A stretch of 64,000 bases of DNA from Eledone cirrhosa (GCA_964016885.1 OZ024743.1:267282001-267346000); one strand, 5' to 3'. Numbered from the stretch's first letter, positions 11,655-25,513 are shown. Notes: a model not told the origin generated them from the letters alone. Numbers and translations are program-made.

Positions 11655-14600
11655 ATGACCTCACTAAGAATAGGCAGCATCAATGCGCGTGGCTTGGGGT
11701 CGTCATGGAAGCAGGGTCACCTGCTCAACGACCTCAGGTCACTAAACATAGATGTAGTGGCCATCAGCGAGACCAGAATCTCCGAAGCACGGGCCTTCGC
11801 ACCGATCTTCGGCGGCTACGATGTGTACGCATCTCCCAGCCGTCCGGGATCCGGTGGAGGAGTTGCTGTGCTTTTTCGGAGAGGTTTGGATCTCGCCATA
11901 CGGGCCATCTTCCTGGACCCAGAGGGTAAGCTGGTGGTGCTGGACGTGACCAGCGGAGACGGGCAAGCTTTCAGGCTAGTGGCCGTCTATGCCCCGACAG
12001 GAGCAGGGCGGCCTGATTTCTTCCGGCGTCTGGAGACCTTTCTTGGAACGTCCCGCTCTTTAGTGTTAGTGGGCGACTGGAACGGGATCTTAGATGCACG
12101 CTGGGACCGTGTGGGATTAGCGGATAGGGGTGGAGGGTGCAAGAGCCTCACCAACCTGCTCAGGCGTTTTGAACTGTCTGACAGGTACCGATTGGAATTC
12201 CCGAATGTGCCAATGTGGACTTGGACAAACCGCATCGGGTCATCCACATCATATCTAGATAGAGTATTTTGTAGGGAAATAGATAGGTCTAGCATAGGCT
12301 GTCCACAATTCAAGATAGTCAGCTACACGGACCACAAATTCGTGATCTGTGTGCTTGACTTAGATAGGCTTCATAGACGAGGACCCGGCTACTGGAAGCT
12401 AAACGCGTCCTTACCAGCGCGCAAGGCCTACAGAGACCGGATTAGCGAACTAGTTAAGCGGGCGTTGACGGGGGCCATCGTCAACAACAAGTGGTGGTTT
12501 GCTCTGGAAAGAGCGATTAGAATAGAATCGATTAGGTTTAGTAAGGCTTTAGCAATAGAGAAAAATAGAGCAGAGGGAGAACTAGTTAGAAAATTAGACG
12601 AGGCGCTTAGCAAAGGCATTGCGACCGACGTGCTTGCGGCGAAATTGGCCCTTGACCAATTCTTCAATGCAAAGCACGAAGGCTGCGTTGTCAGAGCAAG
12701 GGTGCGTGCTCTCAGACACGAGGGGACGAAAGCCGTTTAATGGGCCCGAGTGGCGGAGGCGCGTCGTGGCAACAAAGCCACGATCCGGTCTTTGGTGGAC
12801 CACGACGGGCGCATGCTACTCGATCCCGGGCAAATGTGTGAAGCTTTTCAACGACACTTCGCTCAGCTGTTCGGGGGCAGCGGTGGGCCGGGTAGAGGGA
12901 TGGACTTTAGTGTCTACCTCGACGGACTGCCGCGGCTCTCGGCCACTGAGGCGAAGTGTTGCGAAAAGCCGATAACAGCCGCTGAAGTGAGGGAGGCAAT
13001 GACTGGCTGCACAAGGGGTAAATCGCCTGGTTTGGATGGTCTGCCCTATGAACTTTACGTACAGATGCCAGACTTGTTCGGAGGCCTCTTGGCGGACGTC
13101 TACTGCAACTGGCAACAGAACGGGAGAATTCCCAGTTCTGTGAGCCGAGGAGCGGTGGCACTGCTGAGAAAGGATCCGAACAAGGGAGATAACATAGACA
13201 ATTTCCGGCCCATAACTCTGCTAAACACAGAGTTCAAGATTTTGGCCAAGGTGCTAGCAAAGAGGTTGGCGCTTGTCGTTGGTGGTCTGGTGGGAGAGGC
13301 GCAGACATGCGCCATTCCCGACAGATCCATCCACGACAACCTCCACCTCATGCGATACATCATAGAGAGGGTAGCTAAGGAACCTGGCACGGGTGGGTCC
13401 TTGATCAATTTAGATCAGTCGAAAGCTTTCGATAGGATCGACCATCGTTACCTAGCGGCAGTCCTGAGGGCGGCTGGCTTTGGGCCCGTCTTCAGAGGCT
13501 GGATCGCTGCCATGCACAGCGACATCTGCTCTGTGGTGAGAGTGAACGGTCACCTGTCGGAACCGTTCAACATCATGCGCTCGGTCCGCCAAGGATGTCC
13601 CCTCTCGTCCCTCTTGTATGTATTGACTCTCGAGCCATTACTGCACAAACTGGAGACGTTGAGGGGAGTCCCGCGCGAACTAGGATGCGGAAGATCCGTG
13701 TCAGCATATGCGGACGATGTCACCGTAGTGGTGTCGAACGCCAAACACATCGAGGCGATCGGCACTACACTAAGAGAATACGAAGCGGTGACAGGAGCAA
13801 TGATCAACCAGGAAAAGTCAGTGGGCCTGCAGCTCGGCACCTGGAGAGGCAGGTCCATGCCGTCCAACAGCGTCGTCGGGCGCTGGACGGACGGACCGGT
13901 TAAATTGCTAGGGGTCTGGTTCGGTCCGGACCTCCAGACGGACAAAAACTGGGACGAGGTGACGAGCAGGGTGGCTTCTCTCACCCAGAAATGGGCGGAG
14001 AGGAAGCTATCCCTGAAAGGTCGAGCGGAGGTGGCTAACGCGTACATCGCGTCTGTCATCTGCTACCGCCTAACCGTCGTACCTTGTCCTAAGCCTCGCC
14101 TGACTGCGCTGGAGCGTTTGCTCTTTCGCTTTTTGTGGAAGGGACGTGCTCCGATGGTCAGGCGGTCCATCTGTTGTCCACACCCGCTACGTGGAGGGCT
14201 GGGCATGCCGTGGCTGATGATGTGCAGGCACGCGCTCAGGCTACGACATCTCCACCTCTTCCTCGACGGTGATCAGGTGTGGTCGCCGTTTGCTAGACGC
14301 GTTTTTCCCCAGCTCGTTTCCTTGACGGAGCTGCAGTCCTGGGTCAAGCGAAGACCGAGAGGGAGCGCCTGGAGACTGGAATGTCTTCAGGCGCTCACAG
14401 CCCTCGATCAATCGGGCAATGTGATCGGTGGGAACTCCACCTCGGCGTTCTATAGAGGATTAGTGGAGGGGAAGAGCGACGACGTACTTGGGGAAACTCT
14501 AGGCGTCGACGAAAATCAACTAGCCAATCTCTTCGGAAGAACTTTCGGGCCAGGGCCTATGGACAACTTCCAGAAATCTCTGGCCTGGCAGTGCTACCGA

Positions 14601-15074
14601 GGTGCCTTGCCAGTTCGGGATAAACTCTACAGGCATGGAGGTGCCGTCAGCCGGGCATGTCCGAGATGCGCGCAGGGCGACGAAACCGTCCTGCACGCAC
14701 TCGTCCAGTGTCCGAAAATTGCTGACTTGTGGGTTTATGTCGAACACCTGCTGTCGCGTTTAGGACGGATCCAGCTATCATCTGAGTCCATCGTGAGGAT
14801 TGCCCCGCCCTCCTCCTTTAGCCGGGAAGGGCAGGCAGTTTTTATCTGTCTGGTGGCCATGGCGAAAGAGATAGTATGGTGGACACGTTTGAAAGGGCTG
14901 AAGACGAGCACTTACCTCTTCGGTGATGCTCTGATTCACTTTTTCAAATTTCATTTGAAAAGGAAAATCAGAGTAGAGAGGGAAGTGCTCTCTTCCCAGC
15001 ATTTTGTTGAAAGATGGGTGAGAGAAGCAAGAATGGCCCGAGTGAATGGGCCTACTCTGAGTATATATCTGTAA
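11655..15074 (+). pseudogene. Tx1 ORF2 (APE-RT-zf, ~1139 codons) with one premature TAA at 12738-12740
   Basis: ORFs 11655-12740 and 12750-15074 are in the same frame. Copy 2 has CAA at the homologous codon (5046-5048). APE motifs (SETR, GDWN, TDH) and RT motifs (FRPITLL, QGCPLS, YADD) are complete. Confidence 0.95.
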
Positions 15075-15356
15075 ATTAAAGGTGGAAAACTGGGAGAGGG
15101 CACTTGCCTTGGTGGTCAGGGTCATTGTGGCTTTTTACTGGGCTTTCTCCACAAATGTCCCTCCGAAGTCTCCCCCCTATTGGGGAATTTTTCATTGTTA
15201 TTTTCATTGTTATTTTTGTTACATCCTCTGTTTTTGTTTTTTTTTACACGCAGAAATGCCCATTTGTACCGTCCTGCATTGTCCTGCACTGTCCTTAATG
15301 TCTACTTTATGTAAACCCTTGTGGTTAATAAAGAAATCATTATTGTTATTGTTATT

Positions 15357-16709
15357 CCTTGAATCTCAGTCATTGATGTTGGTTAACTGGAAAGTCCGTT
15401 GGATTGAATATCAAGCCACTACCTGCAGCCTCAGATATTCAGGACGTATCGGAGGGTTCTTGCCGTTCCAAGCAAGCATGCCTTTTGAAGCGTTCCAAAA
15501 AGCGTGAAGGGGCCGATTTTCTTTAACCATCCCTGGAAACCTTTGGAGATAGTCCCCAGTGCGCCTATGACAATCGGGATCACTTTGACTTCATGGCAGT
15601 TCCAAATCCTTTTCACCTCCCACTTTAGGTCCTGGTATCGGTTAATTTTCTCCCTCTCCTTCTCTTGCACTCTCGTGTCGAACGGGCAGGCCACATCCAC
15701 AATCAGGCACGATCTTTTTTCTTTGTCCACAACCACCAGGTCAGGTCTATTGTGTTCCAGTTTTTTGTCCGTCTGTATCCTAAAATCTCACAGCACCTTC
15801 ACCTGACTGTTCTCCATCACCGCCTCTGGCCTATGCTCATACCATTTCTCAGAATGTGGTAGATTGTTTACTTTGCACAGGTGCCAGTGGATCACCCTGC
15901 CCATCACATCGTGTCTCCAGCCCTTATAGTGGGTCTGGGCTAGGTGTTTACACTCGGACACAATGTGAGCCACAGTCTCCTCTCTCTCTCCACAGATCCT
16001 GCACAGTGGGCTAGCCTCCTCCTTGTAGATATGGTGCTTCAACCACTTCGTTTTGAGGGCCTGCTCCTGCGCAGCCATTAGCATTCCTTCTGTAGCCTTT
16101 TTGAGGTCTCCTCTTCTCAACCAGTTCCATGTCTGTGGATCTCTAAATTCAGTTTTCTCAAAGAAGGTACTATGAAGGGATTTTCCCTTAAGGCTGCTCT
16201 TCCTCCTTGATGTTATTTCCTCCTTGGGTATCCCCTGGCCTACTGTCCCCTCCTTCAGTACAGCTCTGAGCATTGGCTCCTTACTATAGGTCACGTATTT
16301 GTATAGGTTGTTTTTCTCCATCTGAACACAGTCCTCTATGCTGATAAGACCTCTTCCACCCTCAGATCTCCTTAGGTAGAGTCTATCGACATCACTCCTC
16401 TTGTGGAACATGTTGTAGATAGTCAATAGCTTCCTAGTCTTCCTATCCATTTCTTTTTGTTCAGCAACATTCCATCTCAGAATTCCCGCACTGTACCTAA
16501 TAATAGACACAGCTCGGGAATTTACTGCGCTTATGGCATTTCTGCTGTTCAGATGTGACTTCAATACGCTCCTTACTCTCCGAATGTATTCAGTTCTTAA
16601 CAATTCCTTCATTTTTTTTGTTCTTTATGCCATCAGCCTCCAGAACGCCCAAATACTTGTATCCTTCCTCAGAGTCAATTTCCTTTATCATCTCACCTGT
16701 TGGTATCTG
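15357..16709 (-). mobile_element. R4/Dong-type non-LTR retrotransposon, 5'-truncated (Dong copy B, different subfamily)
   Basis: Motifs include RLYL.RSEGGRGL, CRICGEREETVAHIVSEC, RHD and RPD..IVDVACP..EKINRYQDL..IVIGALG. (ATT)n lies at 16710-16768 and on the 3' side. Confidence 0.9.
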
Positions 16710-16772
<63 letters not shown>

Positions 16773-17599
16773 CCTAGTTTAGCACACATGCAGTCAAACT
16801 GAAATGCATAATTATTCTCACAAGTTTCTATTAAGTTTCATATTCTATCAAATATAGTTATACTACTTTACTGTATTCGCACCTGTACCTGTAAGAACGC
16901 TGCTGTTGATACAATTAACTCCCGTGGCTAATTAAATACTAAACTAATTGCAAATTTTCCTCATTCTCCGTTACAATAATATCACGCTTAACATAGATGA
17001 AATCATTTTCAATTCATTTCGTTAATTTAATCCATAATTTTAAAAACTGAAATAACCCAACTTTAAAACTTTGATCATCATCTTACAGGTCTAGATTAGG
17101 GCAGCATTTGACCTTCAACCATTGATTAAATTACTATTCAAATTAGTTATTTGCCCTTTGATCCCAATTAGACTTCGTTGTTGTTTGCTGTGGTAGGAAA
17201 AGGAGACATTTGCTTAGAATGTCTTACTTAACATGGAGAATTCCTAATGAAGTGAATTTTTGTTGTATTTGTGGTCTGGTGGGTTACAAATATCGAATTC
17301 TGAATCCACGCACACCTTGGTCTCAGGCTTATGGAGTCGGTAAATTTTCAGAATGTGTATACAAATTAGGGATACATTGACGTGCAAAGAGAAATAAATA
17401 CCACGATAAATCCAATTTCACGAAATGCTTCCATATAAATATGCTCTTTTCTTTATTAAATAAATATGTATCTTCTTTCTATATTGAGTGTTTTTTTTAT
17501 CTATGATTCCTTTCTGTATTATATACACAGACACATGCGCAGACGCACATACTAACACAAACACACATACATACACACTTATTTATATATATATATAGT

Positions 17600-18325
17600 A
17601 ATAATAATACATTTGATGTCTAAAATCAAAAGAGGTCTCGATAAGGATAAATATATATCGAATATATAAGAACCGTAGAGCAAGAATTCGTGCTATTAAG
17701 GATTCTAATGCCGTGCACGTCCATTCCGACAAAACTGGCAAACTATATCAAGTGGAGCGCTGTACTTACCATCAACTACTGCATAATGCTGTAACTAAGG
17801 ATTACCGTAAAACTTATCGGTGCGTCATCAATGAAATCAACGATGCTGGGTTTAAAATCACCTCTGATCTCAACATTCTGGACCGGACCGAACCTCTGGA
17901 CCCTATTTCTCCCCATTTTACCCTGAAGGATCACAAATCCAATTTTCCGAACAACCCCTCTATTCGGCTTTTTAACTCTACGAAGTCCGATTTAGGTAGA
18001 CTTAGTAAAAGGATTCTTGATAGAATCATACCTGAAATTAGAACTTTGGCCCCTCTTGCACTGTGGAACAATTCTTTCGCGGTGATTGATTGGTTCAACG
18101 GCATATGCAACAAGGAACATTGCCGTTTTATCCAATTCGACATCAATAATTACTACTCCTCCATCACTTTACCACTTCTCCTTAGAGCTATCAGTTCCGC
18201 TAAAACACTCACAGTGTTTAAAGATTTCGAAGTTGATGTCATCCTCAATGCCCGTAAGTCGGTGATTAATTTCGACGACTCTATTTGGATAAAAACATCA
18301 AATAGTACCCCATTCGAAATATGGT
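17600..18325 (+). mobile_element. Penelope-like element RT fragment (N-terminal RT half, Naiad-like)
   Basis: ORF 17713-18354 has DKT..LY, TLKDHK.NF.NNP.IRL.N.TKSDLG..SK.IL and FIQFDI..YYSSI, which are PLE RT motifs. The clade assignment is from memory of motifs. Confidence 0.8.
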
Positions 18326-18380
18326 TTATACATCCCATCATATATTTTCACTAGCTCTGACAGTTTGGCAGGTGAACAGT

Positions 18381-18430
18381 GAGCTGTACTGATGAAGGGT
18401 GATACCCAGAAACATTAGTGTCTTCAGTTC
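18381..18430 (+). ncRNA. Type I hammerhead ribozyme (PLE pLTR-type)
   Basis: The sequence reads gagctgta CTGATGA a-ggg-tgata-ccc-a GAA ACA-ttag-TGT C ttcagttc. The core is intact, with stem II, stem III, a GUC cleavage triplet and an imperfect stem I. Confidence 0.75.
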
Positions 18431-20379
18431 TGTTCGCATGCGAACACAAGAGCAAGAATGAAGTGTTCATTCTACTGACATGGCTTTAAAATTGAGGCTT
18501 GTTTGCATAATTGCAAACGAATCAAATGTTATTATTAATATTCGAAAAACTCAGATTACATTTATTGTATTCAGCCATGTACAGCGAAATTTTATTTTTT
18601 ATATATATATCGTAGTAGTTTCTGAAGCTGCCTGATACACTTTCACTTAGATAACGAGATTTGAATATATTTATAAATTATTACTAACAGTTAAATAATT
18701 CAATGCCGTTTATTGAGATTTCAATGCCATTTTAAGTATATGTAATAGCTCCAATGGGGATAGAAAATGTTCAATGAACTCATATATGGTCGGTTTTCTA
18801 ACGGATAAATGAAGAAAATGATATATGTAATGAGTGTAATAGTGTTATAATATGGAACAAAATGGGTGTCTAGCAGCTAGAGAAATTTACAGTAAACCTG
18901 GTATGAGGACATCCATAATATCAGACACAGCAAGCTAAAGTATAATTAGATAACCGAAATTCATTTAATAGGTTTTGAACTATTCATGCTTTTGATGAAT
19001 TACCATGGATGAGTTCGATTCACCATCATAAACTCCCGAGAATTATTTAACCTTGTACGTGTCCATGGAATGGTCAAGCATTTGCAAATTAATTTCAAGT
19101 GCTGGGTGTCCCGTTCTTCAGGCAACTAGAACACACATCTTCAAACTGAGAGTGTTTAATTCCGTTGCACATATCTTGGGAAGTTATGCCTTTCAGTAGT
19201 TTCCACGTTACTGAAAGATATGTCAGGGATATTTAATTGGTTGTTTCATTTCCATCCGTTTAGTTCTTCATTATGCTCTATGGTCATTTTTTGTCCTTTG
19301 GTTATCCAGATAGGAACTGTGTTCGAGTCAAACATTTTGTCCAACATTTGTGTCTAACATTAGCCTAAGTTGTGACTCCAGATATTTAATACACTAGCGG
19401 TGTAATCAGTCCGGCTCGGTGAAATTTATAGAGATTTTGCTGTTTGTTTTCCGAGACTGGTTAGTGTTATGTTAAGTTTCGCTTATTATTTGTCTTTATT
19501 ATTCACTTATCCTTCCAGGTTCGAACCCTGTTCTACCTATTCAATATCATTTTCAAATGTATTGGGTAAATTCATTATTTTGTTTTGTTCTATTTATCAT
19601 TATTTGCTCTTTGTTTCTAGCCTATTGTTCTAACTTTCTGAAATTTTTATCTGAAGTGATTTTGCTTGATTAAAAAGTCTGATGAGCAGATTGGGCTGAA
19701 GTCAGGTCTTTAACATTAACACTGACCCTGAGCCAACGATTTCTGAAACGGTGGTAACTCTGCATGATCTATAAAAACCATAATGTAAACTAATTTTGTT
19801 CTCAATATATATATATGTATATGTTTACATATGATATATATATATATATTTATACATATATATATATGCGTGTGTGGGAGTGTGTGTACGCGTGTGTGTG
19901 TGTGTATGTGCTGTGCGTGCGTGTGTGTTTTTGTGTGTGTGTGTATAGATGGGATGTATAAACTATATTTCGAAACAAACTTAGATGGCCAAATTTTATT
20001 CAACATCACATCCTTTTACAAGAAGTCTCTAATTCATATTTATATTGAAATGGTATACAGCTACGTTGACTCTCACATCCTTTTCTCATCACATTTAAGT
20101 ACCCTATAATGGGTGAGTGGAACTGTTTTGGTGTGAGGCATCCCGTCCCCTAAATATCTATGTCTACGTTTTTACAATTATTTAGATTTTCAAATGTTGT
20201 TTTACTGATATGCGTAAAGTTGATAGAATTTTCATATAAATTAATCTAGATGTTTTATGTTTCTGTCCTTGGCGCTGATACCTCGTGTGTTGATTATATG
20301 ATATCTTGAATTGTCGACGTATTTTTACACTATCTTCTTCCATTACTGTCTCTGTGCTGTGTCGATGCCAGGTGATGAA

Positions 20380-20512
20380 TGTTTATATTTTGTATTTGTT
20401 GCATAGCTTGCAATGCAGGTATTAGCCTACTCTATCAGGCGGGTTTTTGTACTCATTTAGTGTCAGTACCGGACATTCAGAAATAAGATGATCTATTGTT
20501 TCACCAACAAAT
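20380..20512 (-). mobile_element. Degenerate R4/Dong CCHC-region remnant next to an (ATT/ATC/GTT)n tract
   Basis: The minus strand reads GETIDHLISECPVL..NEYK...DRVG*YLH.KLC, homologous to the Dong copies above. Trinucleotide repeats span 20520-20800. Confidence 0.65.
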
Positions 20513-20764
20513 AAGATGGTCCATTGTATCATCATAATCAATATTATTATTGTTGGTATTATTATTATTATTATTATTGTTATTATTGTTGTTGTTGTTG
20601 TTTTTATTATCGATATCATCAACATCAACATCATCATCATCGTCATCAACATCATCCTCATTATTATTATTATTATCATTATTATTTTCCTTCATTATTG
20701 TTGTCTGAGATATATGCCGAGAGTCTTCCTGATACCTATGGCAAATTTTATTATTATTATTATA

Positions 20765-20800
<36 letters not shown>

Positions 20801-22354
20801 GTTGTCTCGCACGTAATTTTTAATGACAAATCACATCACATCCAACTTCCGACCATAACAGAAAGGATATATGACACTATGTCAGCAAAGAGAGTGAAAT
20901 TCTTAGAAGTTTCCTCTTAAAATCATTACATCTCTCTAGACGGCGAACATAAGGAAATCAATCTTAATTTCTATAGAAATTTATATTTTCCATCGTCTGC
21001 TTTTGTAGTTATGTATTTTATTTAATTAGACGAAACAGTTTATACTCAATAGATTGATTTATTATATTCTATCGTCCGTCATAATGTCCGTCTTGATTTT
21101 ATACTGCCAATTTTGTCGAAAAAACATCAGTCTATCAGACATATTAATTTATTTCCTTCCAAAGATCTTTATTTTGATTAGGAAACTCCTACCTTCCACC
21201 TTTTGAGTTTTCTTCATATTGATTTTGTTGTTGCAGGTTTTATTGTTGATTTTTTATGGGATTTATATCCGTTATACTTGATAAACGTCACTTTCTCTGG
21301 TCAAGTAGACTATGGAACAAAGAAAGTGGTACAAACTCACAGAATATATATATTATTCTTTAGACAAAAATATTAAGACATCTGCTGCTTTTATACTGAG
21401 TATTACTCTCCAGTAGAGTCTTTAATTTTAAAAATTTGAGATGTTTAAAACGTGGCGTATCCAACAGGTCAATTGCCAAGACAAGCGTGGTAATAGTGAA
21501 TTATATTCACAGAAATATCTTGATGTCTGTGGTTATGTCTTACACGGCAAACAGCCTCTGCATGAAACGCTTTAGCACAGAATTTGTTTACCCAAGAGAA
21601 AGGACATCATAAGAATTTGACGGAAGAAAGCGGAAGTCTGGTGACACAAACTGCGTGAGATCTCTGCAACAGCTCTCCGGCAGTGATGTCAGCTTAGTAC
21701 CCTTCCGCATCTCTTCGTCCAGGTCGTGACCGAACTGAGGTTTGGCACAAATGAATGTTTACTAACCTGTACCATCACAAATGTAGTTTTACTCCAAACA
21801 AACTCTCCAAATACTAGACTTTGAAAGACGAATACATAGAGCTGGTAACAGCGTCGATGGTTGGAGTAAATAAGAGGCGTTTGAATTATTCGCATCGCTG
21901 GTTTCCGGTTGAAGAAGATAGAATGTTGCCAGCAGCAATAAACTTGCAATACAACTCATCCTGAAGGTGTCTCGATGGGTGTATTGTAGGAGCCCAAATT
22001 TGTCATAACTGAATAGTGGAATGGAGCTACTTTGGTATTTCAATTGCTTGAGCAACAAGACAGCAGGTCCAAGTAATTTATATGTAAGTTGAGCATTCCA
22101 TTAACACGTTTACACTTAACGTAGTTTGCAGGGAGATATAGTGTGACATTTGAATTTCAGGTACAGTCCATCCAATGAGCCTCTAAATATTTTCCACTTA
22201 ACAAATATCACTGCCAAGTCTTGCATCAAAAGGTTATGATAAATGACATTGATCGAAGTTGTTAAGCAGTGACATAAAATCTGGGAAATAATTGTTGCGG
22301 TGAGAACTTAATTAATCAGTCTTTCTATGTTAGAGAAAACATTTACCTGCATTT

Positions 22355-22510
22355 GGATACCAGAAGAAAGTAAAATTTACAGAAATCAAAGCGGAGGATC
22401 AAAGGATCAATTGCTCGTTGAGCGTATAATAGATTGATACAGAAGAGAAGATTTACCTATGGCCATGTTTGATTATAAAAAGTCTTGTGCATTGTTGGAT
22501 TACCAAATGA
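22355..22510 (+). mobile_element. Degenerate R4/Dong RT remnant
   Basis: It translates as PEE...GGSKDQLLV..I....L.MA.FDYKKS, similar to the PEEQKG..KDQLL..MAWIDYKKAFD RT motifs. Confidence 0.55.
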
Positions 22511-22869
22511 TCGGACACGATCACCGTTTTAACAAGGTATGAATATTTCAAAATGGTAAAGGAAAGGAAAGACAGGGGCTCTAGGGTCACCGAAGAATGC
22601 GGTGGGTTCTGGTCCTAGAGCAGAGCGGTGTTGGTGCTACGCCCCGTGGAAAAGACAGCAGAAGCATTTTCTCGATCAAAAGCCAGCAAAACACGCTGCA
22701 ACGGCCTCCCCATCTCACGGGGTTCCTTCCATAGACAGGCTGGTGACGTTCCGATCTTTATAGATACTTCAGAAATATGGACTACATGTGAGGCGGTACG
22801 AAACACAGATTAAAAAGTATACATTCACCTAGACGACAATCTATCACATTTACAATATATCATTAGTTT

Positions 22870-22905
22870 GATACTGATGACACATATCTTGAGAAAGTAC
22901 TCTGC
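22870..22905 (+). ncRNA. Degenerate minimal type I hammerhead
   Basis: The sequence reads CTGATGA cacatatcttga GAA AGTACT C tgc. The core is intact and stem III is palindromic (AGTACT), but stems I and II are eroded. It lies upstream of (TA)n at ~23025. Confidence 0.5.
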
Positions 22906-23024
22906 TTTTCTTTTTTCATTGAATATGCTAAAGGGTATTTACGAGATTAAGAATGGAGGCGGGATAAAAAATCTTTTAGACCATTACAAACCAGAGTACT
23001 CAATATTTGGGGTAGATGAGTGAG

Positions 23025-23055
<31 letters not shown>

Positions 23056-24319
23056 ACAGCATGTACCCATCAGCCATATAGAGATACACTCACAATATAT
23101 ACATTCATATATACTGGTTGTCTACTCAATACAAAATGTGACCACTTAAGAGTGCTCAGTTCTGGCATGAGATCTTATGTGGCTCTTTAGATCAGACATA
23201 CTTTTAAAAAGCTGTCCACATAACTTGCACATTAGTTTTTTGTGCAAATTGACCTGTCCGTGAAGTCTCATCTTGATGAACATTGAAACACCTCTTTAGA
23301 CCTCCTTAATATTTGCTGATCTTGTGGCATATGTGGGATTCATAAGGGCGAACTGGCTGGTATGTACTGTAGTAAGAAGTAAGACCATATTATGTGCTTT
23401 TATGTGATATTAAAGGCCATCTTCTAACTCGCAGATTTTTTGCTACACACTGTACAAGAAGAAAATGTTCCATTAATTTCATATTTCCTAACTAGTCGTT
23501 GTTTAATGTTATTTTCGTTTAGTATATTCCTCTAAATAATTACTTGTATTACCTTGATTTCCTCAAAGGTTAAACAACATCTCATATGCATCAATATATC
23601 AATTTATTGTGAGATTTTCCAGGTTTGTTTTTATCAATTCCAACATTCTTCTCGCATACTCTGTTTCCTTTTTTCTTGAGAAATTTCCCTATTAAGCATT
23701 TGCTTATGAATACGCTTATCAGCAATATAGACAATATTTTGAAATCACTGTAGTTGGTTTTTAAAAATTATTGAATGGATGGACATATACCGGATGCAAC
23801 TAGATCATCATATTCAGAAGTGAATGAGTTCTATTCAATTTTCAGAATATGGCGTAAGCATTTTTGATGGAATCGTTCCACGAGTCTAAAGTAGTATTTG
23901 CAACACGTCCAAGCTTCAGAATAGAGGAAAACACAAAGGATTTATTAATATATATTTTTGTTTTAATGTTGATATGACATTGTTACCAAATTCGAGACTA
24001 AACTACCAAATGATCTTGCTGCCTTATGAAACCTTCGATATATTTCTTAATCTAGTGATCGATTTTTATTCACTTCATTCCCAAGATAGATTAAGGATTC
24101 AACAACCAACTTAAAATACATTTTAGTTTGTTTCAGAACTACCACAAGATTTTGAGCACAGAATTTTCACTGGTGTGAAATATGGAATGAGAAGACCAAG
24201 AAAATCGAGGGAGCTCAGGTTTTTATTTCAGAGCTTACCATCTCCTACTCTACTTGCCATAACCAAGCTATAGATTCTATGCTTCCATTTGAATCAGAGA
24301 TCAATGACTGAACAACCAT

Positions 24320-24652
24320 ATTAAGGTCGCCCTCAGTAATTAGACACCTAGTATTTATAAGTTGTGTGTTCGATTCTCATACCGGATGATGCTCTGTGTC
24401 CTTGAGCAAGACACTTTATTTTTCACGTTTCTCCTGTTTATTCAGCTATAGACATGGGTTGGGACATCACTGGTGCCAAGCTGCATCAGCCATTGGCTTC
24501 CCCTTGGTAAACAACGGTGGCATGGAGAGGGGAGGATGTTGTGTATGGGCGACTACTTATCTTCCACAAACAAACTTGCTCGGACTTGTGCCTCGATGGG
24601 GAACTTTCTAGGTGCAAATTCCACGGTTATTCGTGACCGAAGGGGGTCTTTA
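24320..24652 (+). mobile_element. tRNA-derived SINE
   Basis: A B-box-like GTTCGATTC is followed by the CORE-like GTGTCCTTGAGCAAGACACTT. It is non-coding and ends at a TA-rich tract. Confidence 0.55.
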
Positions 24653-24839
24653 CGCTATATATATTATATATATAAGAAAGAGAAGTATACAAAGTAAGTT
24701 AAAAAAAAATATGAATAAATACTATAAAAAGAAAAGTTAATAAAAGGAAAAATAAATAAACGGAAATATATTTACAATTATATATATATATTTTCAATTT
24801 GGTCTACTCTTGTTATTATTTTCATTGTTAAATTAATAC

Positions 24840-24893
<54 letters not shown>

Positions 24894-24908
24894 CCAATAC
24901 ATATATAT

Positions 24909-24989
<81 letters not shown>

Positions 24990-25513
24990 GTACACAATGT
25001 ATAGATATATACATACAAATGGATGGCCGTTTGTTCGAGCTTTGCTTTTCATCAAGGAGGATGTACAATTATCCCCCTCCTCACTAAGCAAACTTGGTGG
25101 GGCTGCCATTTCAGTTACCGACACCCTGACCATGCAAACCGTTGTATTGGATTACATGTTACGAGTAGTGTTCGATAGCGCCGTGGCATATATATATCCA
25201 AACTTAAATTAAGGGTGTCATGTCGGAGAGACATGCGCCATATCCACTGTAGAATATGCTCCAAGATTCCAGTGAATAGATCCGAATGGTGAAATATATT
25301 TCTTTAATGAAATATATACAAGGAAGATTAATCATTTATAAGGTATCTAGTTTTAAAGTTCTAGCTAAACTTTAATTAGTTCCCTTACCTGGCTATGTGT
25401 GCTTACACACTTTTACAAATTATTCCCTGTGATTGTTTCATATGTTTATTTTAGATATATATATAAATATGTCAATCAATTTCTAGTTGATATATATATA
25501 TATATATATGAAT

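Larger units (their letters stand above)
9307..15356 (+). mobile_element. Near-intact full-length Tx1/L1-clade non-LTR retrotransposon (copy 3)
   Basis: It starts right after (ATT)n at 9283-9306. ORF1 is intact, ORF2 has a single in-frame stop, and the 3'UTR ends in a degenerate (ATT)n tail. Confidence 0.95.

Noticed and set aside
12738-12740. Programmed stop-codon readthrough between APE and RT
   Set aside because: The sibling copy has CAA here, so a point mutation is the simpler explanation.
19670-19715. Possible hammerhead (CTGATGAgcagattgggctGAAGtcaggtc)
   Set aside because: GAAA is replaced by GAAG and stems I-III pair poorly, so it is too degenerate to call.
21480-22070. Possible CR1/L2-like LINE 3' remnant on the minus strand
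   Set aside because: There is only a vague resemblance and no diagnostic motif could be read.
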